From Candidatus Sericytochromatia bacterium (GTDB taxonomy: Bacteria; Cyanobacteriota; Sericytochromatia; S15B-MN24; UBA4093), in NCBI GenBank assembly GCA_036676985.1, contig JAKFBU010000056.1:96001-160000 (forward strand): a DNA stretch of 64,000 nucleotides. The letters run 5' to 3'. Below, piece after piece: positions 57,374 to 64,000 of this stretch (its first letter is position 1; each line of letters opens with the position of its first letter). The position numbers were made by a program, and so were the translations under genes. The notes under the pieces were generated by a model. That model had not been told where the DNA came from. It was given only the letters and a program-made list of their open reading frames with translations, and did no database searches.

Positions 57374-58729
57374 ATGCACAAGGGAGCCAATCGGATCGTC
57401 ATCGTCGGGGGCGGCTTCGGGGGCGTCTACACGGCCATGGCCCTCGAAAAGGAGCTGCGCCGCCAGCCGGACCTGAACGTCACGCTCATCAACCGCGCCA
57501 ACTACTTCCTGTACTTCCCGCTGTTGCCCGAGGTGCTCTCGGGGGGCGTGGAGCCCCGGCACGTGGTGGTCCCCCTGCGGACTCTCTTCCATCGGGTCCG
57601 GGTGATCGAGGCCGACGTGCGCTCGGTCGACCTGGATCGACATGAACTGCTCGCCCACCGCGACGGCCTGCAGGAGTTCCTGCCCTACGACCACTTGGTG
57701 CTCGCCACGGGAGCCGAGGCGAACCTTGCGGCCTTCCCGGGCATCGAGCCGGTGGCGTTCCCGTTCAAGTCGGCTGAGGATGCGATCGCCCTCCACAACC
57801 AGATCGTCGACTGCTTCGAGGCCGCCGAGTTCGCCCTGGAAGCCGCGACCCGCCGGGCGCTCCTCACGTTCGTGGTGGTCGGCGGTGGCTCGACGGGCGT
57901 CGAGTGTTTGGGCGAAATCGAGGCCTACGTCAACGGCATCATGCGCTACTACCCGCGCCTGGACCGGCACGACGTGCGGTTCGTACTGGTCGAGCTCGCG
58001 GACCACCTTATCAACGAGGTCGGCCCCGACCTCGGGGCCTACGCCGCCAAGGAGCTCGCGGGCCGGGGCATCGAGCTGCACCTGGGCGTCTCCGTCCAGC
58101 ATGCCTCCAGCGAACAGGTCACGCTCTCGGACGGGACCGTGATCCCGACCCATACCCTGGTCTGGACCATCGGCACGACGCCCGGGGCCCTCGTGAAGTC
58201 CCTGGATCTGCCCAAGACCTCCAAGGGCTACCTCCAGACCGAGGCCACCATGGCCATCTCGGGACACGACGGAGTCTGGGCCATCGGCGACTGCGCCAAA
58301 ATCCCCTCGCCCGACGGCACCCCCTATCCGCCCACGGCCCAGCACGCGGTGCGCGAGGCGCGGCGGCTCGCGAGCAACCTCGTTGCGAGCCTCGACGGCC
58401 GGCCGCTCGCGCCGTATGTCCACCACACCAAGGGGACCTTCGTCTCCATCGGAAACCAGCGCGGGGTGGCCATGATCGGCAAGCGCCCCGTGCGCGGCTT
58501 CCTCGCGTGGGTCATGTGGCGGGCCGTCCACTTCATGCTCCTGCCCGGGATGGACCGCAAGGCGCGCGTCATGGTGGACTGGCTCTTCTCGCGGCGCCAT
58601 CGCAAGGACATCGTCCAGCTCGGACTGCGGCGTCCGCCCAGCCAGATGGTGGTCCGCACGAAGATCGCCTTTCTCCGCGAAGGCGCACCGGTGCCCGAGT
58701 CACCCCCCGTGGAACCGCCTCTCATCTAG
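57374..58729 (+). CDS. ndh: Type II NADH dehydrogenase family
   Basis: GGGFGG, YDHLVLATG, VVGGGSTGVE, WAIGD, PPTAQHA. Confidence 0.9.
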   Translation: MHKGANRIVIVGGGFGGVYTAMALEKELRRQPDLNVTLINRANYFLYFPLLPEVLSGGVEPRHVVVPLRTLFHRVRVIEADVRSVDLDRHELLAHRDGLQEFLPYDHLVLATGAEANLAAFPGIEPVAFPFKSAEDAIALHNQIVDCFEAAEFALEAATRRALLTFVVVGGGSTGVECLGEIEAYVNGIMRYYPRLDRHDVRFVLVELADHLINEVGPDLGAYAAKELAGRGIELHLGVSVQHASSEQVTLSDGTVIPTHTLVWTIGTTPGALVKSLDLPKTSKGYLQTEATMAISGHDGVWAIGDCAKIPSPDGTPYPPTAQHAVREARRLASNLVASLDGRPLAPYVHHTKGTFVSIGNQRGVAMIGKRPVRGFLAWVMWRAVHFMLLPGMDRKARVMVDWLFSRRHRKDIVQLGLRRPPSQMVVRTKIAFLREGAPVPESPPVEPPLI

Positions 58730-58884
58730 GTTTACGACCAATCTAAAAATTTCTTCGGTCCCCGGACGGAACACTTCGTCCGGGGACCGCGTCTAGGGGA
58801 CAGCAGCCCCTGAGTGGGTTGAAACATTAGACAGCGCCTTACTTTGAGGCGCATTGCTGTCCTCTGGGCAGAAAGGAGTTCTCC

Positions 58885-59622
58885 ATGTTTCGCAAGGTTT
58901 CCGCCATCGTCGCCGCTTCGTTCGCCCTCTCGCTGGTCGGCTGCGGCCAGTTGCCCGGCACCACCACCCCGCCCACGGCGCAGGATGCCCAGATCCGGGG
59001 CCGCGTCAGCCACCTCGGCAAGGATCCCGGCCAGCAGCTGACCCTCGCCCTGAAGCGCTTCGACGGGGCCAACTACGCGAAGATCGGGACCTCCACCAAG
59101 AGCGACAACCAGGGTAACTACGCCTTCGCCTCGCTGACCCCCGGCAAGTACCAGGTCTTCTACGATGACGGCGGCGAGGTGGTCGAGGCGGCCGACGTGA
59201 ACACGGTCGGCGCCTACGTCGACGCCTCGGTCCAGGTGGTCGAGATCGGCTCGGGCGGGTCGGCGACGTCGAACTTCGACATCGGCTGGAACCTCTCGCC
59301 GACCATCCGCCCCAACGACACCTACCGCGTAGGCAGCGCGGACCGCTTCTCGTTCAGCAGCAAGTACGGCACCTCGGGACTGGAGTACCAGATCCTCGTG
59401 GCCGACAGCAACAAGTCCTCGGTCTGGTCGTCGGCCTGGGGCGACACCACGAGCTTCTCTTGGAACGGCAACCGCGGCGACTCGACCAACAGCCCGTCTT
59501 CGAGCTACGGCGGCGTGGGCAGCCACTTCTACCAGGTCAAGTTCCGCAAGTCGGGCACGACCTTCGGCAAGGAAGGCTACTACGGCCAGACCAAGTGGAT
59601 CCCCTTCACGGTCGCGCGCTAA
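58885..59622 (+). CDS. Lipoprotein with carboxypeptidase-regulatory-like and beta-rich domains
   Basis: Lipobox LVGC; 'SDNQGNYAFASLTPGKY'. Confidence 0.75.
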   Translation: MFRKVSAIVAASFALSLVGCGQLPGTTTPPTAQDAQIRGRVSHLGKDPGQQLTLALKRFDGANYAKIGTSTKSDNQGNYAFASLTPGKYQVFYDDGGEVVEAADVNTVGAYVDASVQVVEIGSGGSATSNFDIGWNLSPTIRPNDTYRVGSADRFSFSSKYGTSGLEYQILVADSNKSSVWSSAWGDTTSFSWNGNRGDSTNSPSSSYGGVGSHFYQVKFRKSGTTFGKEGYYGQTKWIPFTVAR

Positions 59623-59650
59623 CACACACACCTCCCCACCTCCTGTAGCG

Positions 59651-59677
59651 AAGGGCCGCCCGCTGGGCGGCCCTTTA
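59651..59677. terminator. Terminator hairpin
   Basis: AAGGGCCGCCC-gct-GGGCGGCCCTTT. Confidence 0.65.
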
Positions 59678-59708
59678 GCTCCGTTGAAGACAAAAACCCT
59701 CAACAATC

Positions 59709-59765
59709 CCGTTCGTCTTGAGCCAGGTCGAAAGCCTGTCCTGAGCCTGTCGAAGGGGCGAACGG
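59709..59765. repeat. REP-like element
   Basis: CCGTTCG...CGAACGG inverted ends enclosing two related units, TCTTGAGCCAGGTCGAAAG and TCCTGAGCCTGTCGAAGG. Confidence 0.6.
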
Positions 59766-59769
59766 TGCC

Positions 59770-62064
59770 TTATTCCTCCCCGAGCCTCCTCCGATGCGCC
59801 TGTTCCAGGAGCTGCTTCCGCTCCGCCGCCGCGATGTGGTGCCTAGCCGTCTCGACGGCATCCGGGTTCACGGAGATCGAGTCGATCCCCCAGTGCACCA
59901 GCTTCTCGGCGTAGTCCGGGTAGACCGAAGGCGCCTGCCCGCAGATGGAGCACGTGAGCCCCACCTCCTGGCAGATCTCGATGATGGAGCGGATGGTCTC
60001 CAGCACGGCCGGATCCCGCTCGTCGTAGAGCTCCCGGCACCGCTCCGAATCCCGGTCCACCCCCAGCACCAGCTGCGTCAGGTCGTTGGACCCGATGGAC
60101 ACCCCCGTGAAGCCGATCCGCTTGTAGTCCGGCAGGTAGTGCACCACCGACGGCACCTCCGCCATCACCCAGCGCTCGAGGTGGCGCATCTTGGCGAGCG
60201 GGCTCTCGTTGATGAGATCCATGCAGGCCTCCGCCTCCCAGAGCGTGCGCACGAACGGGATCATGAGGTGCAGGTTCTCGTGGCCTTCCTGGCGGACCTT
60301 GGCAATCGCCCTCAGCTCCAGCTCGAACAGGTCCGGCTCCTGCACGTAGCGGTAGGCCCCGCGGAACCCGATCATGGGGTTCTCCTCGACGGGCTCGAAC
60401 TCCGCGCCGCCGTCCAGGTGCCGGTACTCGTTGGACCGGAAGTCCGAGGCGCGATAGATCACCGGCCGCCCCTTGAAGTGGCTCGCAAACGTCCTGAGCC
60501 CCTCGGCCAGGCGGTTCACGAAGCTCTCGTCGCCGCACTCCATCACAAAAGCGCGCGGGTGCTGGTTGTCCAGCACGTCCAGGAGCATGAACTCCGCCCG
60601 CAGGAGGCCCACCCCGTCCACGGGCAACGCGGCGACGGACCGTGCCTGGTCGGGCTCGGCGAGGTTGACGTAGAGCCTGGTGGCCGTGGTCTCGACCGCC
60701 GCGGTCGGCGCCGGCTGGGGTGGGCTCGGCAGGCGGGCGGACTGGCCATCCGTCACCCGGCCCTTGAGCACCACGCCGTGGGAGGCGTCGACCGTCACCA
60801 GCTCCCCGTCATGCAGCTTCTCGGTGGCGTCCCGGGTGCCCACGATGCAGGGTAGCCCCATCTCGCGGCTGACGATGGCCGCATGGGACGTCAGGCCGCC
60901 CGCGTCCGTGACGGTGGCCGCGGCGCGCTTCATGAGGGGCACCCAGTCGGGCGAGGTCATGCGCGTCACGAGCACGTCGCCCTCCTCGAGCTTGCCGGCC
61001 TCCGAGACGTCGTGCAGGATGCGCACCCGGCCGAAGGCCACGCCGGGGCTCGCCCCCAGTCCCCGGACCAGGGCCTCGCGGCCGAGCGTCCCCCTGCGTT
61101 CGCTCGATTTTCCGGTGAGCGTCGTGATGGGCCGGCTCTGGACCAGGTAGACCTCGCCGCCCTCGATGGCCCACTCGAGGTCCTGCGGCTGGCCGTAGTG
61201 GTCCTCGGCCCGGACGGCGAGATCGACGAGGCGCTTGAGCTCCTCGCGCGACAGGACGGGGGCCTCGGCCTCCTCGTCCGAGAGCGTGACGCGCTGGTTC
61301 TCGCCCAGCTCCCCGCGCACCAGCTTGAAGTCCTTGAAGCCGATCTCGCGCTCCAGCACCCGTCCCGACACCTTGTCCACCACCAGGTGATCGGGCGTGA
61401 CCTCCCCGCCCACCACCACCTCTCCCAGGCCGAAGGCCGCGTCGAGGACCACCTCGTTGACCCGCTCGGTGGTCGGGTTGACCGTGAAGAGGACGCCGCT
61501 CTTGTCGCTGTCCACCATGCGCTGCACGACCACCGCGATGGCCGGATCCTCCGTGAAGCCCCGCTCCGCCCGGTAGTAGATGGCGCGCGCGCCGTAGAGC
61601 GAGGCCCAGACCTCCCGGAGGCGCTTCAATAGGTCGTCGTCGCCATACACGTTGAGGAAGCTCCGGTTCATGCCCGCGAAGGAGGCCTGGGCCGAGTCCT
61701 CCATGGTGGCCGACGAGCGGACGGCCACGAAGGCGGCCCCCCCGTCCGACAAGGCGTGATAGGCCTCGAGGAGCTCCTGGCACAGGTCCTCCGGGATCGG
61801 CACCTCGAGGACGCGCTTCTGTGCCCGTTCGGCAACGAGGTTCAGCCTAGCGGTGTCCTGGATATCCAGGTCGGCGAGCATGTCGTGCAGGTCCGCGCTG
61901 GCGCCCGCCGCCTCCAGGGCCCGCCGGAAGGCATCCGCCGTGACGACGAAGCCCGGGGGCACCGGCAGCCCCGCCCGGACCAGCTCGCCCAGGTTCGCAC
62001 CCTTGCCCCCGGCGATCGCGGACTCCCCCTTCGCGAGGTCCCGAAACCAGACGATCTCAGGCAT
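59770..62064 (-). CDS. ppsA: Phosphoenolpyruvate synthase
   Basis: GGKGANLGE, AVRSSA, GGLTSHAAIVSRE, DGVGLLRAEF, SIGSNDLTQ, ICGQAPS. Confidence 0.96.
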   Translation of the reverse strand: MPEIVWFRDLAKGESAIAGGKGANLGELVRAGLPVPPGFVVTADAFRRALEAAGASADLHDMLADLDIQDTARLNLVAERAQKRVLEVPIPEDLCQELLEAYHALSDGGAAFVAVRSSATMEDSAQASFAGMNRSFLNVYGDDDLLKRLREVWASLYGARAIYYRAERGFTEDPAIAVVVQRMVDSDKSGVLFTVNPTTERVNEVVLDAAFGLGEVVVGGEVTPDHLVVDKVSGRVLEREIGFKDFKLVRGELGENQRVTLSDEEAEAPVLSREELKRLVDLAVRAEDHYGQPQDLEWAIEGGEVYLVQSRPITTLTGKSSERRGTLGREALVRGLGASPGVAFGRVRILHDVSEAGKLEEGDVLVTRMTSPDWVPLMKRAAATVTDAGGLTSHAAIVSREMGLPCIVGTRDATEKLHDGELVTVDASHGVVLKGRVTDGQSARLPSPPQPAPTAAVETTATRLYVNLAEPDQARSVAALPVDGVGLLRAEFMLLDVLDNQHPRAFVMECGDESFVNRLAEGLRTFASHFKGRPVIYRASDFRSNEYRHLDGGAEFEPVEENPMIGFRGAYRYVQEPDLFELELRAIAKVRQEGHENLHLMIPFVRTLWEAEACMDLINESPLAKMRHLERWVMAEVPSVVHYLPDYKRIGFTGVSIGSNDLTQLVLGVDRDSERCRELYDERDPAVLETIRSIIEICQEVGLTCSICGQAPSVYPDYAEKLVHWGIDSISVNPDAVETARHHIAAAERKQLLEQAHRRRLGEE

Positions 62065-62268
62065 GGCGGCCCTCCTCCCCCTTCGTTCCTGCCGCCCATG
62101 CTAAGGCCCCGGCGATCGCGGCTCAACGCACGGCCGAACCTCCCGCGGCCCCAAGGGCTCCTCGATGCTTGCTTATGGTGAGATCCGGGATTATAGTAGT
62201 CCGGTTTAGGACGCCCCGTGGGGCGGACGGTCGTTCGTAACCAAGTTTTGTAACCGTCCGATCCCCAG

Positions 62269-62700
62269 ATGATAGATGGAACGATGATTTTAATTATCGG
62301 CTGCGGCCGTCTCGGCGCCAGCCTTGCAATTCGCCTAACGAGCGCGGGCTACCAGGTGGTGGTGGTCGACCACCTGCGGGAGAATTTCCAAAACAACCTG
62401 CCGCGAGACTTCAATGGCAAGACGGTCGTGGGCATGGAGATCGACGCCAACGTCCTCAAGCGGGCCGGCATCGAGCGCGCCTCGGCCGTCGTGTGCGTCT
62501 CCCGCGACGAGAACACCAACATGATGGCCGCCGACGTGGCCCGCCTGCAGTTCGGCGTCGAGAACGTCACCGTGCGCATCGACCAGCCGTCGCTCGTCGA
62601 GGCCTACCGCTCCAAGGGGTATGACGTCATCAGCCCGGTCATCGAGGCGACCAACGCCCTCGAGGCGGCCCTGCGCGCTCAGAAGGGCGAGGTGCTCTAG
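62269..62700 (+). CDS. TrkA-N (RCK) domain protein
   Basis: IIGCGRLG, LKRAGIE, DENTN; the start may be 62284. Confidence 0.88.
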   Translation: MIDGTMILIIGCGRLGASLAIRLTSAGYQVVVVDHLRENFQNNLPRDFNGKTVVGMEIDANVLKRAGIERASAVVCVSRDENTNMMAADVARLQFGVENVTVRIDQPSLVEAYRSKGYDVISPVIEATNALEAALRAQKGEVL

Positions 62701-63357
62701 ATGTACGTCCTCATCGCAGGCGGCGGCAAGATCGGCCTGCATCTGATCCGCACCCTCCTGGCCCAGGGCCACGAAGTGGCCCTCATCGAGCGCGACCAGC
62801 GGGTCTGCTCCATGGTGGTCGACGAGTTCGAGGAGGTGGTCGTGCTGGCGGGCGACGCCACCAACCCCGAGCTCCTCAAGCGGGCTGACATCAGCCGGGT
62901 GGACGTCGTGGTGGCCGTGGCCGGCCGCGACCAGGACAACTACGTCCTCTGCAAGATGGCCAAGGACCTCTACGGGGTCAACCGCACGCTCGCGCGCGTC
63001 AACGACCCCCGCAACCAGGACCTCTTCAAGCTCGCGGGCGTCGACTTCATCATCAGCGTCACGTCCATGGTCACGCGGGCCATCGAGTACGAGATCGTCC
63101 CGCACCACATCGCCACCCTCTTCACCTGGCACGGCCGCATGGCCATGCTCGAGCTGGTCATTCCCGAGACCTCTCCGGTGATCGGCATTCCGCTCCGCAA
63201 GCTGGATCTGCCGGAAGGCGCCATCCTCTCGGCCATCTGGCGGGACAACCAGGCGCTCATTCCGACGGGCGAGACCGCGCTCCAGCCCGCCGACGAAGTG
63301 TTCGCCATGACGCTCCAGGGCCGTGAGGACCAGCTGCGTCAGACGCTGATCGGCTAG
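62701..63357 (+). CDS. TrkA-family K+ uptake regulator (RCK_N plus RCK_C)
   Basis: IAGGGKIG, GDAT, DQDN; C-terminal RCK_C 'IP.GET.LQ..DEV'. Confidence 0.9.
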   Translation: MYVLIAGGGKIGLHLIRTLLAQGHEVALIERDQRVCSMVVDEFEEVVVLAGDATNPELLKRADISRVDVVVAVAGRDQDNYVLCKMAKDLYGVNRTLARVNDPRNQDLFKLAGVDFIISVTSMVTRAIEYEIVPHHIATLFTWHGRMAMLELVIPETSPVIGIPLRKLDLPEGAILSAIWRDNQALIPTGETALQPADEVFAMTLQGREDQLRQTLIG

Positions 63358-63359
63358 CC

Positions 63360-64000
63360 ATGAGCGTCGAAACCGAACCGGGCAAGACCGCCCCGCTGCC
63401 CGCAACCCACTCTCAGCTCGGCTGGTACCTGGCGGCCGGCATCGTGGGGGCCGACATCGGCACCTCGGTGTTCTACAGCACGGGCATCATCATGCCGCAC
63501 GTGGGCTTCGCGGCTCCGCTGTTCGTTCTCCTGGTGGTGCTTGCGCTCTGGCTCTTCAAGGCCACGTACCAGGAAGGTACCTCCGTGAGCCCGCTCAACG
63601 GCGGCGCCTACACCATGGTGCTGCAGACCGTCGGTCGCCGGGCGGCCCTGGTGGTCGGCAGCCTGACGATCCTCTCCTACCTGGCGACGGCCGTCGTGAG
63701 CGCCCTTTCCGGGTCCCTGTACCTTTCGTCCCTCTGGCCCGAGTCGCCCTGGCCCCTGTGGCAGATCGCCCTGGTGGCCGCGGTGCCCATCGTGGGCTTC
63801 GCCATGCTCAACCTGTTCGGCCTCAAGGAATCTGCGAAGCTGGTGTTCGCCATCTCGGCCTTCCACTTCGCCATGCTCCTGGTTATGGACGTCTGGGGGC
63901 TGTACGTGGCCCTGACCCAGGGGGCCCACTGGGAGCGCCTCGCGACGGGCATCGGCACCATTACCCCCATGGGGGCGCTGTTGGGCCTCGCGACGGCCTT
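63360..64000 (+). CDS. APC-family permease (KimA-like), partial at window end
   Basis: Manual translation MSVETEPGK...AAGIVGADIGTSVFYS...NGGAY...LNLFGLKESA; multiple TM segments; open to the end of the window. Confidence 0.82.
   Translation, partial: MSVETEPGKTAPLPATHSQLGWYLAAGIVGADIGTSVFYSTGIIMPHVGFAAPLFVLLVVLALWLFKATYQEGTSVSPLNGGAYTMVLQTVGRRAALVVGSLTILSYLATAVVSALSGSLYLSSLWPESPWPLWQIALVAAVPIVGFAMLNLFGLKESAKLVFAISAFHFAMLLVMDVWGLYVALTQGAHWERLATGIGTITPMGALLGLATA

Noticed and set aside
58756-58789. Long hairpin CGGTCCCCGGACG...CGTCCGGGGACCG as an ncRNA
   Set aside because: No recognisable family features; more simply a terminator or stabilising stem after ndh.
62200-62268. Possible c-di-AMP (ydaO) riboswitch before the K+ operon
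   Set aside because: Only a simple hairpin (CGGACGG...CCGTCCG); the conserved ydaO segments were not seen.

Overview
High-GC bacterial chromosomal window with about 60 real genes. Most of the long alternative-frame ORFs in the track are GC shadow ORFs. A cyanobacterial/plastid-type FNR, tandem PTPS and ComB, together with flagellar-type and MshEN proteins and no photosynthesis genes, suggest a non-photosynthetic relative of Cyanobacteria such as Sericytochromatia; this is inference only. Housekeeping genes include FNR, htpX, pdxJ, an lpxL-like acyltransferase, IDH, nfi, tldD/pmbA, pepP, ndh, ppsA and trkA-trkA-APC permease. There is one complete IS630 element with a programmed frameshift. The most notable observations are: (1) a hidden rhodanese selenoprotein candidate (CxU plus a SECIS-like hairpin) that the ORF track truncates; (2) a recurring TTAA-N7-TTAA (CtrA-box-like) motif upstream of about nine loci, mostly encoding orphan, secreted-looking or flagellar-like proteins, suggesting an undescribed regulon; (3) a yybP-ykoY (Mn2+) riboswitch with terminator in front of a Tim44-domain gene; (4) a stand-alone double-MshEN c-di-GMP receptor with unrecognised repeats; (5) a 3564-aa all-TPR protein. 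No CRISPR array, rRNA or tRNA was seen.
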